Below, one piece after another: positions 29,166 to 39,768 of a stretch of DNA of 64,000 nucleotides. Numbering within the stretch: the stretch's first letter is position 1; each line of letters begins with the position of its first letter. Source of the DNA: Parcubacteria group bacterium. Its GTDB lineage: Bacteria > Patescibacteriota > Minisyncoccia > Moranbacterales > UBA9337. The translations under genes were made by a program, and so were the position numbers. Below the pieces are notes generated by a model. The model saw only the letters and a list, made by a program, of their open reading frames with translations. It had not been told where the DNA came from and searched no databases. The stretch lies in contig JBAZSW010000002.1 of assembly GCA_041662245.1 (NCBI GenBank), positions 11,835 through 75,834 of the forward strand. The letters are read 5' to 3'.

Positions 29166-30443
29166 TTAAAGATGGTTATCTTTTTTATAATCCTGCCACT
29201 CTTTAATAGACCAATTTTTTGGTTTGGAAGTTAAAAGTTCTCCTGGCTTGGGATAATCATTGGGAGAATTGTAACTACTTTTAAAGTTTTCATCAATAAG
29301 AATATTTCCATTGGCATCGGTGACTTTTTGGTTAAAAATTGTCTTCATCGATCCATCTGATTCTCGAGACAAGATATGCGGACCGTCTATTTCAACTTTC
29401 CTGCCATCGTCAGTGCCATAAAATCTAAAGATTAATTCTTTTTTCTCGATATTTAAATCGGTTTTAATTAAAATATATCCCGAAGTATTATTCTTAAAAC
29501 GTAAATCTGGACTAGGTACATAAACAGTGCTATCCATTCCTTGGGGAGCGTAATAATGAACTGCATAGGCATGATTTCTGCGAGCGGTAATTTCTAAACC
29601 ACTATAAATGGCAGCACGAAAGGCAGTAGTGGAAACTTGGCAAATTCCACCGCCAAATTCTGGTTCAGTGACTCCCTTTTTTATAACTAATTCTTGTTTG
29701 TAGCCATGCTCACCATCAACTTCTCCTAGATTTTTTACGAAAGAAAATTCTTCCCCTGGTTTGATGAGAAGTCCGTCAAAGCGACTAGTAGCCACTTTTA
29801 TATTAAAAATTCTGCTAAGAGTTGATCCGGTGAAATTTGATTTACCTTCTCCGATAAGGGTTTTGATGCCCAATTTTTCCGCGTCATTATTTCCTACTTC
29901 AGGACTAATGATATCAAAGGATAATTTTAGTTTATTAGAAGCTTGCTGCGTAGAAAGAAAATTGCTAATATCTTGAGTACTTTTTTCTATGTTTAAATCA
30001 TAGCCATCAGCGCTTAAGGAAAAAGTAGAGACTTTTCCTGTGTCGGTTACCGTAAAAGCAGCATTGGATGGCTTTTTGTTAAATTTTTGTGCTAAATTTT
30101 CTAAAAATAGAGTGATATTTTTTTTATCTATATCTTGAGTTTCTATCTTTTTGATAGTATGTTTTAATCTTTCAGTTTTGGTTAGGCTACAAATAATTTT
30201 TGAATTAGGACAGTAGTTGGTGTCCTCTACTTGAGAATCGTAATTGGGGTCATAAATAAGAGATGGCTGAGTAACTATCCATTTAGAAATATCTTTTTGA
30301 GATACGGTTATTTCTTGATCGGGTATTTCAAAAATTATATTTTCAAAATTATTTGAAAAAGCCGATGCTAAATTACCAGCTAATATTAATAAAAAAACTA
30401 GCAGAAATAAAAAACATTTAATTGGATTTTTTCTAATTTTCAT
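29166..30443 (-). CDS. VanW-family exported protein
   Basis: Signal peptide; R..NI, PGEEFSF, GGGICQVSTT, HAY..YY, DLRFKN. Confidence 0.9.
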   Translation of the reverse strand: MKIRKNPIKCFLFLLVFLLILAGNLASAFSNNFENIIFEIPDQEITVSQKDISKWIVTQPSLIYDPNYDSQVEDTNYCPNSKIICSLTKTERLKHTIKKIETQDIDKKNITLFLENLAQKFNKKPSNAAFTVTDTGKVSTFSLSADGYDLNIEKSTQDISNFLSTQQASNKLKLSFDIISPEVGNNDAEKLGIKTLIGEGKSNFTGSTLSRIFNIKVATSRFDGLLIKPGEEFSFVKNLGEVDGEHGYKQELVIKKGVTEPEFGGGICQVSTTAFRAAIYSGLEITARRNHAYAVHYYAPQGMDSTVYVPSPDLRFKNNTSGYILIKTDLNIEKKELIFRFYGTDDGRKVEIDGPHILSRESDGSMKTIFNQKVTDANGNILIDENFKSSYNSPNDYPKPGELLTSKPKNWSIKEWQDYKKDNHL

Positions 30444-30557
30444 TTTCCGTGAAGTGTTTCAACTTAGTATTTTAAATAAGTAATATTAAGACAAAACTGC
30501 TAGTGATATAAAATTAGCAGTTTTGTTTATTATAGAAATAACTTTTATCAAAATTAT

Positions 30558-31097
30558 TTAGAAACCTCGGACTTTTATTTTTTTGGTTCGATTGGTGTCA
30601 GCTTTGGGCAATTTGATAGTTAAGATTCCATTTTTTAACGAAGCTTCTATCTTTTCGGCGATAACATCCACTGGTAAAACTACAGAACGAGAAAAACTCC
30701 CCCAATAACACTCTTGGTAATAAAAATTTTCTTGGTTAACTTCTTCCTCAAACTTGCGTTCCCCTTTGATGGTAACCATATCATTGTTTATGGAAACATC
30801 TAAATCCTCGGGGTTAACTCCAGCAATGGTGGATTTAATAACAATATCATCATCTGTTTGAAAAACATCGATAGTTAGCTGTCCTTCTCCTGATTCATCG
30901 GTAGTGTCTGGAGCCCCCCAGTTATCAGAAAAATTATCAGAAACACTTTCTGAATGAGAGCTGGGAATAGAGATATCATCCATCTCATCTTCGGTGGAAA
31001 TACTCATTGGTCTAATGGGGGTGGTCATATCATCATTATCGCTCATTCTTTTTGAACCAATTAATTTTTCCATAAATGATTTTTTTTCTTTTGTCAT
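30558..31097 (-). CDS. Hsp20/alpha-crystallin protein with acidic N-terminal extension
   Basis: IDVFQT, VTIKGER, WGSFSRSVVLP, NGILTIKLPK. Confidence 0.92.
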   Translation of the reverse strand: MTKEKKSFMEKLIGSKRMSDNDDMTTPIRPMSISTEDEMDDISIPSSHSESVSDNFSDNWGAPDTTDESGEGQLTIDVFQTDDDIVIKSTIAGVNPEDLDVSINNDMVTIKGERKFEEEVNQENFYYQECYWGSFSRSVVLPVDVIAEKIEASLKNGILTIKLPKADTNRTKKIKVRGF

Positions 31098-31189
31098 ATT
31101 TTTTATTTTTTTAAATAGAATATTTATAAAACCAACATAAATAGAATGACTTCTATTTGTAATATTATATTTGAATTATAGGACATTTA

Positions 31190-31777
31190 TTAATCTGAGG
31201 CAAGTTTTTTATTCACAGCTAAAAGACCATAGATATTGACAATAAATAAGAGAAAAATTATTCCAGCAGAGGTATATTGGCTATAATTTTCTAAATAAAT
31301 TCTAAAATAGTTATAACTGAGATGAATAATAAAGTTAAAAAATAGAACGGATACGTTGGGCCCCTTTTTGTGGGTGGTAGATAAAAAATATCCTAATATT
31401 CCAAAAGTGAGAATATGCAAAGGGGCAGTAGCTAGTAAGTCAGATAAATTGAAATCAATTTTGTTGTAAGTGTATTTTTGATAAATTATAAATATTTCCA
31501 CTAAGGCGAAACCTATTCCAGCAATCCAAGTGTTTATCATAAATCCTTTTCCATAAGACAGAGAGAGTATTTTTTTACTAACAATGAAATATTTAAAAGA
31601 TTCTTCGGTGAGAGCATAGATAATCAAAAAAGTAAGAGAACTCATGAGCACGGAAGTGATTTTATCAGATGAATTTTGGGACAACAAAAGAGAAAGAATT
31701 ATTAGTTGAAGAACAAGGGACATTCCTGCGGTGATTATTCCCCAAAAAAGAGATTGAATGGCATTTCTAAAATTCAT
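31190..31777 (-). CDS. PrsW-like intramembrane protease
   Basis: EE..K, GFALVE, H, H..YN motifs in a TM protein. Confidence 0.75.
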   Translation of the reverse strand: MNFRNAIQSLFWGIITAGMSLVLQLIILSLLLSQNSSDKITSVLMSSLTFLIIYALTEESFKYFIVSKKILSLSYGKGFMINTWIAGIGFALVEIFIIYQKYTYNKIDFNLSDLLATAPLHILTFGILGYFLSTTHKKGPNVSVLFFNFIIHLSYNYFRIYLENYSQYTSAGIIFLLFIVNIYGLLAVNKKLASD

Positions 31778-31806
31778 TTTGTTGTTAAAGGTTAAGAGCT
31801 TAAGCT

Positions 31807-34455
31807 TTATTCTAGTTTTTCTAAATGTTTTTTTATTTCAGAAATATTGAGCTTGACTGAAGCTAGCTTTTCTTTTTCTTGTGCCACTATTTGGGAAGGA
31901 GCTTTTTTAATGAATTCAACATTATTTAATTTTTGTTCTAATCCCGCGACATATTTAGTTAAATTTCTTAATTCTTCTTGAATTCTTTGTTGTTCCTTTT
32001 CTTTATTTACTTCACTAATTAAATATATTTCAATTCCATCAACAATAGTGTAAATAGCATCAGCAGGTTTCTCTCCACTTTTAGCTAAAATTAATTCGCT
32101 AATTCCAGTACGAAGGTTTGTGATTAAAATTTCATTATTTTTAAGCTCATCAAAATTAGTTTCTGCATAAATAATGGCTTTTACTTTTTTAGTAGGTTCG
32201 ATTTTGTTTTCGGCACGCAGATTTCTTATAGCGGTTATGATGGTTTGAGTTTTTATAAAGATATGCGATTCCGTATCATGATTCTTGTCAGAAATTTCAT
32301 TCCAACTCTCTAAAGTAGGCCAAGCTTCGATTAGAAGCAATTTTTCCTTATTGAGATTGGACCAAACTTCTTCGGTTACAAAAGGAATAAAGGGGTGCCA
32401 AAGTTTCAACAGGTCTTCTAATATTTTCTTTAAGATAATATTTTTTTCCGTTTGGTTATCTTCAAATTTAGCTACCTCTAAATACCAATCAGCAAAATCA
32501 TTTTTGGTGAAATCCTGGAGTTTTTCTCCAGCTAAGGAAAAATTATATTTTTCTAAATTAGTTGTGACTTCAGTAATTAAGTTTTTGGCTTTGCTAATAA
32601 TCCACTTATCTGCTGAGGTAAGATTTTCTTCATCAATTTTTTCTTCGGTAACATTAGCTCCAATTTTAGCGATGACGAATCGGCTGATATTCCAAAGTTT
32701 GTTAACAAAATTTCTGTAGCTCTCAATTTTTGTTTCTCCTAAATTCATATCATTTCCAGGAGAAGATCCTATGAGGACAGATAAGCGAACAGCGTCAGTT
32801 CCAAATTTTTCAATCATTTCCAGCGGTTCAATCCCATTTCCTTTGGACTTGGACATTTTGAGTCCTTTTTCATCGCGGATTAATCCTGTGAAGTATAGAT
32901 TCTTAAAAGGAATTTGTTTTGTTTTATATAAGCTAAGAATTATCATACGAAAAGCCCAGAAAGGTAGAATGTCCCGCCCCATAATCATATTATTGCTAGG
33001 ATAAAAGTCTTTAAAATCTTTTCCTTCAGGATATTCTAAAGTAGTGTAAGACCACTGACCAGATGAAAACCAAGTATCAAAAGTATCCTCTTCTTGTACC
33101 CAATCTTTTCCAGGGGAATCTAATTGAACTTTTATTTCTCCATCTTTGTACCAAGCGGGAATTCTGGGTCCCCACCAAATTTGCCGAGAAATGCACCAAT
33201 CATGGACGTTATCAATCCAATTTAGCATTATTTTTTTGAAAGAGGCTGGATGTATTTTTATGTCTTCATTTGAAATTACTTTTCGAGCTTCATTTTTAAG
33301 GGAGAAATTTTTGTGATCAACATTAATAAACCATTGTTCAGATGGAATTGGCTCAATGGGTGTTTTGCAACGTTCGCAAACAGAAAGGTTCTGAATATAA
33401 TTATCTTCAATATGATCAATTAATCCCATCTTTTGCATATCAGTAACTATGGCTTCGCGAGCTTCTTTTGTGGACATGCCGGCATATTTTCCACAGTTAG
33501 CCATCATTTTTCCTGATTCATCTATTATTTGTCGAGAGGGCAGACGATGTCTTATGGCGATTTCATTATCAGTGAAACTATGGGCGGGAGTAACTTTTAT
33601 AGCTCCCGAGCCGAAGCTCATATCAACTTCTTTATCCGCGATAACCAGAACCTCAAATTCACCCAAAACTCCTGGTATCATATATTTTTTCCCCACCATA
33701 TCCTTATATCTATCATCATCGGGATGAACAGCTACAGCAGTATCGCCCAATTTTGTTTCTGGACGAGAAGTGGCCAATACAAAAGGACCATATTTTATCC
33801 AATAAAGTTTAGATGTTGTTTCTTCATGTTCAACCTCAACGTCAGCTAATGCGCTAGCGCAACGCGGACACCAATTTATTATTCTTTTACCCTTATAGGC
33901 CATCCTATTTCCTTCGTTGTCAACTTCATTGTACATTTGTACGAAAGTTTCTAGAACTATATTAACTAAATTAGGATTAAGGGTAAATTTCTCCCTGCTC
34001 CAATCAGCACTGAGTCCAAGTTTCTTTTCTTGGTTTCGCATGTATTGAGAACGATCAATGCAAAAATCATAAATTTCTTGGTAAAATTTATCTCGCCCTA
34101 AATCATGTCTTGAAATTCCACGTTCTTTTTTAATTTTCTTTTCGTAAACAACCTGGGTTTGAATCCCAGCATGATCTTTGCCTGGTAAAAGAAGAACTTT
34201 TTTCCCCAACATTCTATTATATCTTCCAAGTAAATCCATAGTCACATAACCACTGGCATGACCAATATGAAGCTCTCCATTGGCATTGGGCGGTGGCAGA
34301 ATATTGGCATATTTTTCTTTGCGGTCGGATAAATTATCCGGGTTAAAAAAACCTGAATCTTCCCAGATTTTATATATTTTATCTTCTACTTTCTTAGGGT
34401 CGTATATTTTTGGCAACTCTGATTGCGACATATAGTTTAAGTTTTTCATAGACAT
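31807..34455 (-). CDS. valS: valyl-tRNA synthetase
   Basis: PPPN..G.LHIGH, DHAGIQTQ, DWCISRQ, KMSKS, C-terminal coiled coil. Confidence 0.97.
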   Translation of the reverse strand: MSMKNLNYMSQSELPKIYDPKKVEDKIYKIWEDSGFFNPDNLSDRKEKYANILPPPNANGELHIGHASGYVTMDLLGRYNRMLGKKVLLLPGKDHAGIQTQVVYEKKIKKERGISRHDLGRDKFYQEIYDFCIDRSQYMRNQEKKLGLSADWSREKFTLNPNLVNIVLETFVQMYNEVDNEGNRMAYKGKRIINWCPRCASALADVEVEHEETTSKLYWIKYGPFVLATSRPETKLGDTAVAVHPDDDRYKDMVGKKYMIPGVLGEFEVLVIADKEVDMSFGSGAIKVTPAHSFTDNEIAIRHRLPSRQIIDESGKMMANCGKYAGMSTKEAREAIVTDMQKMGLIDHIEDNYIQNLSVCERCKTPIEPIPSEQWFINVDHKNFSLKNEARKVISNEDIKIHPASFKKIMLNWIDNVHDWCISRQIWWGPRIPAWYKDGEIKVQLDSPGKDWVQEEDTFDTWFSSGQWSYTTLEYPEGKDFKDFYPSNNMIMGRDILPFWAFRMIILSLYKTKQIPFKNLYFTGLIRDEKGLKMSKSKGNGIEPLEMIEKFGTDAVRLSVLIGSSPGNDMNLGETKIESYRNFVNKLWNISRFVIAKIGANVTEEKIDEENLTSADKWIISKAKNLITEVTTNLEKYNFSLAGEKLQDFTKNDFADWYLEVAKFEDNQTEKNIILKKILEDLLKLWHPFIPFVTEEVWSNLNKEKLLLIEAWPTLESWNEISDKNHDTESHIFIKTQTIITAIRNLRAENKIEPTKKVKAIIYAETNFDELKNNEILITNLRTGISELILAKSGEKPADAIYTIVDGIEIYLISEVNKEKEQQRIQEELRNLTKYVAGLEQKLNNVEFIKKAPSQIVAQEKEKLASVKLNISEIKKHLEKLE

Positions 34456-34539
34456 TATATGCCTATCTTAACAGTAGATAGGGTATTTTTCAAGAGGAAT
34501 CTGTACAAATTTCAAAAAGTTTTTTTAAGGATGGTTAGT

Positions 34540-35679
34540 CTAAATTTTTAATTCAGCATTGGCTTCTAGAGTTTTCCAGTTATCGAGAGTTGATTTCCTT
34601 TGATCAGAATTCATTTTATTCCAACGATAGTTAGCTGCAATGGCTATCATGGCGGCATTATCTGTGGAGTAAGTGGCAGGTTGCGACTGATAATTAATAT
34701 GGGGAATATTTTTTTTAACTGCCAAAGCCAGCTTATCTTTTAAATTATTATTAGCCGAAACTCCTCCAGCTAGAAAAATAGTTTGAGGATTATATTTGAG
34801 TGCAGCTTTGATGGTTTTAATTACTAAAACATCAGTAGCTGCTTCTTGAAATTCATAAGCTATCTTTTGAATAAAATTTTCCGGCAAATTTTCAGTTTCT
34901 TTTAAATTATTTTTTTTGCGGTAATCTTTTACTTTATACAAAACAGCAGTCTTTAATCCTGAAAAAGAAAAATTAAGATCCTGACTATGAAGCATGGGAC
35001 GGGGAAGAAAAGGTTTTATATTTTTTTTAGACGATTTTGTATCATTAGAAATTAAGTTATTATTTTTTAACTTAAAATCGGCTGCTTTGGTAGCAATAAT
35101 TGGTCCACCTGGGTAACTTAAGCCTAGGATGCGAGCTACTTTATCGAAAGCTTCTCCTGCGGCGTCATCTTGAGTTTCTCCTATAATTTGATATCTAAAA
35201 TGGTCAGTCATTAAAATTAATTGAGTATGTCCACCTGAAACTACTAGTGACAAAATGGGAAACTTTATTTCTTTTTGTGATGTGTTGCTTGGGCTAATTT
35301 CATTTCCAATAAAATTAGCATAAATATGCCCTTCAATATGGTGTATTCCCATTAGAGGTTTTTGCCAAATGTAAGAAAGCGTTTTGGCAAAATTGGTACC
35401 AATAAGAAGAGCAGGAATAAGTCCTGGACCTTGAGTGACAGCTATTAAATCAATATCAATTATTTTTTTATTTGCTTTTTTGAGGGCTAATTTTAAAACG
35501 GGAATAATGTTTTTAAGGTGTTCTCTGGCAGCCAGATTGGGAACTACTCCTCCCCAAGCGGCGTGCAGAGCTATTTGTGAAGAGATTGTATTGGATAATA
35601 TGGATAGATTTCCATTTTTCTCTTCCAAGATAGCGATAGCGGTTTCGTCGCAAGACGTTTCAACGCCTAAAATTAACAT
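34540..35679 (-). CDS. tsaD: t6A threonylcarbamoyltransferase
   Basis: ETSCDET, GPGL, HIEGH, VSGGHT, GEAFDKVAR, SFSGLKT, DNAAMI. Confidence 0.97.
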   Translation of the reverse strand: MLILGVETSCDETAIAILEEKNGNLSILSNTISSQIALHAAWGGVVPNLAAREHLKNIIPVLKLALKKANKKIIDIDLIAVTQGPGLIPALLIGTNFAKTLSYIWQKPLMGIHHIEGHIYANFIGNEISPSNTSQKEIKFPILSLVVSGGHTQLILMTDHFRYQIIGETQDDAAGEAFDKVARILGLSYPGGPIIATKAADFKLKNNNLISNDTKSSKKNIKPFLPRPMLHSQDLNFSFSGLKTAVLYKVKDYRKKNNLKETENLPENFIQKIAYEFQEAATDVLVIKTIKAALKYNPQTIFLAGGVSANNNLKDKLALAVKKNIPHINYQSQPATYSTDNAAMIAIAANYRWNKMNSDQRKSTLDNWKTLEANAELKI

Positions 35680-36212
35680 AATTTTTTGAATTAATAGTAC
35701 TTAATTATGATAGTAGGTAATGGGGAAATAGGCAAGGAACACTTAAACTTTAAATTTCAAATTATCACCTAAAACGCTGTGGTATTTGCGAGCAGGGGAG
35801 AAGATGGTAAATATTTTCTATTCTTTTTTGTTTATTCTGTCATTGTTTATTTTGAATACAGAATTAGTTTGCAAAGATAACATATGGAGTAAAGTTTTAG
35901 AAATAAAAGTTGGTCAAATATTGCACGTGTGTTTATTTGGCCAACTTTATAAACCTTACAAACTTTAAAAACTTTATGAACTCATATATTTCCTTGACAA
36001 CACACTGTTTCCTTCTTAATAAGCTAAGTCTAAGTTCTTTAAAATTTAGAAAATAGGGATACGTTAATTTGTTAATTAAAAATGGTAACAAATATTAGAC
36101 AAAAACCTTTGGATAAACTATATTAGATACAGATAATTGTTGTGTTTTTCAGTTAAGATATCGCAAATCTAATGAATGAGAAAATGTATTATAAATAAAA
36201 AATTTTAAGTAA

Positions 36213-37655
36213 ATGATAAATACTAAGTTAAAAAAGATATTTTTTTGGATTTTGGTGGTAATATTTTTAGCGATTACTCCAGCCATAGTTTATTACGCAA
36301 TGGGTTATCGTTTTAACCCTGAAAGGGGAATTTTTATTTATTCCGGTTCAGTTACATTAAAACCAACGCCAAGGGAGATTGAAGTTTATATAAACGGCAA
36401 GCAGGTTTCTACTGGAATAGTTAATTTTTTAAATTATTCTTATCATGTAGGATCACTTTTGCCAGGGAAATATATGTTGGAAGTAAAGTCTGCTGGATAT
36501 AGGCCGTGGTCTAAGGAAGTGCATGTCCATAGCGGGGTTTCAACCGAGTTCTGGAATATTTTTTTAGTTAGAGAAAACTATACTAAAATACAATATCCTA
36601 CTCAAAAAACAGAAAACTTTTTTATTTCTCCTGATGGGAAAAGAATTGCTTTAGTGGAGAAAATGGATGAGGGGGTAGTCGTCAAAATTCTAGATATTAA
36701 AAAAGAGGAAATATTATATACTTTTCCTTTTGCGGGTTATGGGTTTTCTCAAAATAAAAAAGAAAATATTGAGTGGTCACCCAAAGAAGGGAGGCTAATC
36801 GTGCCTTTGGAAAAGGAGGGAAAAGAAGAATATTTTGTGGTGAGCATCGGTGGCAAGGAAGTCTTTAGCTTAAATGGAAAAATAAATCATTCTGATATTA
36901 GAAAGCTAAGATGGAGCAGTGATGATACTAATACTATATTTTATATTTCTCAAGACAGGCTTTTTCGAGTAAACTTGGATAACCCTGACGGAGCAATGGA
37001 AGTAGCTAGCAATATTGCCGGATATGATTTGTCAGGTTCCAATATTTATTATTTTTCTAAAGAAAATGGGATAATTTATCAAAAGAATATTATAGGAAAA
37101 GATGCCGAGAAACAGATAACTACAGATTCAATTGTGGCCGAAGCTGGATCTGATTTCGAGGTAATCGTTTATGATGAAGATAGAATTGCGGTAATTTCTC
37201 AAGATAAGAAGCTATATTTGTATAATCAGGGAGAGGTGGATAAAGGATTTAAAAAAATTGGGGAAGGAGTCCTAGGAGTCCATTTTTCTAATGATGGGAA
37301 AAAGATTGCTTTTTGGAGCAATAATGAAATCACTGTTTATTTCGTGAGGAAATGGGAAACTCAGCCTGCTCGAGAAGAAGGTCAAAAAATAGACATTGTT
37401 CGTTTTTCTCAATCAATTGATAATGTTAGTTGGCTGAAAGATTATGAACATCTTATTTTTAGCGCAGGTAATCAAGTAAAAATAGTGGAATTAGATAATC
37501 GTTCGGCTAAAAATATTGGTGATTTAGCCAGTTTGAATTCAGCCAATCCCAAAGCTGTTTATAATACCAGAGAAGATAATTTATTTTATATTGATAAAAA
37601 CAACGATACTGACAGTCTATATTTGATTAGTTTAATTGAAGAAACGGTAAAATAA
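36213..37655 (+). CDS. membrane-anchored PEGA/beta-propeller (TolB-like) protein
   Basis: TM, YINGK...PGKY.LEV...GY..W, then SPDG/WSP/WSSD/FSNDG repeats. Confidence 0.7.
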   Translation: MINTKLKKIFFWILVVIFLAITPAIVYYAMGYRFNPERGIFIYSGSVTLKPTPREIEVYINGKQVSTGIVNFLNYSYHVGSLLPGKYMLEVKSAGYRPWSKEVHVHSGVSTEFWNIFLVRENYTKIQYPTQKTENFFISPDGKRIALVEKMDEGVVVKILDIKKEEILYTFPFAGYGFSQNKKENIEWSPKEGRLIVPLEKEGKEEYFVVSIGGKEVFSLNGKINHSDIRKLRWSSDDTNTIFYISQDRLFRVNLDNPDGAMEVASNIAGYDLSGSNIYYFSKENGIIYQKNIIGKDAEKQITTDSIVAEAGSDFEVIVYDEDRIAVISQDKKLYLYNQGEVDKGFKKIGEGVLGVHFSNDGKKIAFWSNNEITVYFVRKWETQPAREEGQKIDIVRFSQSIDNVSWLKDYEHLIFSAGNQVKIVELDNRSAKNIGDLASLNSANPKAVYNTREDNLFYIDKNNDTDSLYLISLIEETVK

Positions 37656-37664
37656 CAAAAAGAT

Positions 37665-38174
37665 ATGAATGAAAATTTTCAATTGGTAGAACCTTATTTA
37701 TTGGGAGGAATTTTGTTTTTGGCAATAACATTGCTTATTCTTAATATTGTTCTTTTTTTAAAATTTAGAAAGATAAATAAACTTTCAGAGATATTTTTTT
37801 CTGGTAAAAATGGAAAAGATTTGGAAGAATTTGTAATTAATCAAGGTAAATCAATTCAAAAAATAGAAAAGGATATTAAAGAATTGTTTGATGGCTATGA
37901 GAAAATATATAATATTGCCGCTCGGGGAATTCAAAAAATAGGCGTGGTGAGGTATAACCCATTTAAAGAAATGGGGGGAAATCAAAGTTTCTCAATTGCC
38001 ATGATGGATAGCGATAATTCCGGTTTAATAATTTCTACTTTGGCTACTCGAGAAGGCGTAAGGGTTTTTTGTAAAGCGATTATCAATGGAGAGTGTGCTG
38101 ACCTTCCTTTGATAGACGAAGAAAGAAGAGCAATAAAAATAGCGCGGGCATCAAAGAAGAGTGCGACAGTGTAA
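37665..38174 (+). CDS. DUF4446-like membrane-anchored protein
   Basis: QKIGVVRYNPF.EMGGNQSFSIA motif. Confidence 0.75.
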   Translation: MNENFQLVEPYLLGGILFLAITLLILNIVLFLKFRKINKLSEIFFSGKNGKDLEEFVINQGKSIQKIEKDIKELFDGYEKIYNIAARGIQKIGVVRYNPFKEMGGNQSFSIAMMDSDNSGLIISTLATREGVRVFCKAIINGECADLPLIDEERRAIKIARASKKSATV

Positions 38175-38199
38175 CAGGATTTGATACCATTTTTGAAAT

Positions 38200-38238
38200 A
38201 AAAAAGCCTTGAGGTGTTTTATTTTACTCAAGGCTTTT
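38200..38238. terminator. bidirectional terminator between convergent genes
   Basis: AAAAGCCTTGAG...CTCAAGGCTTTT. Confidence 0.7.
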
Positions 38239-38254
38239 ATAGTACAACAAAAAT

Positions 38255-38590
38255 CTATTTTATTTTTTTAAAAGTAACTTTGTAAACTGGTTCGTATTCT
38301 ACCTCGTATTCATCTTTAATCTGAATGCTTTTGCCTTCCATTAGTTGACTAATGGCGATATCAGAAGCCATTTCATTAAGACTATCAATTTCGTGTTTGA
38401 GCTCATCTAAACGAGGACTTTTGTTGATCTCTTCAATTTTTTTCTTTTGGTCTCTGAGTTTTTTGGCTTCCTCGGTTATTTTTTGATAATTTCCATCATT
38501 GTCTAATAAATATTTGTATTCTCGGCTAATTTCCCTTTTCTCTTTTTTGAATTTTTGAATTTCATCAAAAACTTCTTGGATGTTTTTCAT
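38255..38590 (-). CDS. hypothetical coiled-coil protein
   Basis: 111 aa ORF, charged helical composition. Confidence 0.7.
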   Translation of the reverse strand: MKNIQEVFDEIQKFKKEKREISREYKYLLDNDGNYQKITEEAKKLRDQKKKIEEINKSPRLDELKHEIDSLNEMASDIAISQLMEGKSIQIKDEYEVEYEPVYKVTFKKIK

Positions 38591-38761
38591 GTTTTTTATT
38601 TTTTAAATTTGTTTACAAATAACAAAAATAATTTTAACATAGAAGGAAGTAAATTCAAAATTTAGATTATAAATTTTAAATTGCAGATAAATTATAAAAT
38701 AATTGAATATAAAAATAATTTATTCAAAAATTTAAATTTGGGAATTTTTAGAATATCTATT

Positions 38762-39706
38762 ATGAAAAAGTATCAAACAATATTAATAGCAACATTGCTT
38801 ATTGGCGGAGGATTTATTTTTTATGCAAAACATTCAGGAGAAATTAATCAAGACGCGAGAGATATGCTTAAAAACGCTAATTTTTTAACTGTTTGTGATG
38901 AGACTCTATATTATTCTTTAGGTGAGGTAGATTCACGATTTGAAATTTCTCAAGATGAATTAATAAATGTCTTGGCTCAAGCGGAGAACGTTTGGGAAAA
39001 AGATTTAAATAGAAATGTACTTGAATATAGGGAGGGAGCGACATTTAAAATAAATCTTGTTTTTGACAGTCGACAACAGCAGACAATTGAAAAAAACAAA
39101 TTAGATAGCCAATTAGATAGGCTGGAAGCGATTAGAGGTAACCTTTCAGATGAATATCAATCTTTACAAAATAAATATGATAAATTATTGACTGAATATA
39201 AAAAGGATTTAAAGACTTATGAAAAAACAGTGGCCATTTTTAATAAAAAAGTAAATGATTGGAATAAAAAAGGTGGGGCTTCAGAAGATGAATATGAAAA
39301 ATTGAAAGAGGAGGAAGACGCTATCACTAAATTAAAAAAAGATTTGGAATTGCAAAGAAAGGTGGTTAATAAGTTAATAGCGGATATGAATAATCTAGCC
39401 CAAAAGGAGAATGGGCTAGTGGATGCTTATAATAATAAAATAAAAACTTATAAAGATACTTTTGGAGAAGGTAAAGAATTTGATCAGGGAGTATATAATG
39501 GGGTAGGTATAAATGTTTACCAGTTTCATGATAAATCTGATTTAGAATTAGTATTGGTGCATGAGTTGGGACACGCTTTGGGGCTAAATCATTTAGAAAA
39601 TCCCGAGTCGGTGATGTACTATTTAATGGAGAAACAAAATTTAGAAAATATAAAATTAACTGCTCAGGATCTGCAGGCTATCAAGGATGTTTGTAGGATA
39701 GAATAA
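38762..39706 (+). CDS. matrixin-like (M10) zinc metalloprotease with coiled-coil insertion
   Basis: HELGHALGLNH plus Met-turn SVM; N-terminal TM. Confidence 0.85.
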   Translation: MKKYQTILIATLLIGGGFIFYAKHSGEINQDARDMLKNANFLTVCDETLYYSLGEVDSRFEISQDELINVLAQAENVWEKDLNRNVLEYREGATFKINLVFDSRQQQTIEKNKLDSQLDRLEAIRGNLSDEYQSLQNKYDKLLTEYKKDLKTYEKTVAIFNKKVNDWNKKGGASEDEYEKLKEEEDAITKLKKDLELQRKVVNKLIADMNNLAQKENGLVDAYNNKIKTYKDTFGEGKEFDQGVYNGVGINVYQFHDKSDLELVLVHELGHALGLNHLENPESVMYYLMEKQNLENIKLTAQDLQAIKDVCRIE

Positions 39707-39768
39707 CGCTTGTTTATCTTTGTGATTTTTGGTGTTACAATAATGGAAATAAGAGCGTAAAAACAAAA

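Noticed and set aside
35786-35968. 60-aa ORF between tsaD and the PEGA gene
   Set aside because: TTG start, no motif, and it runs into a 9-mer repeat array in a divergent promoter region.
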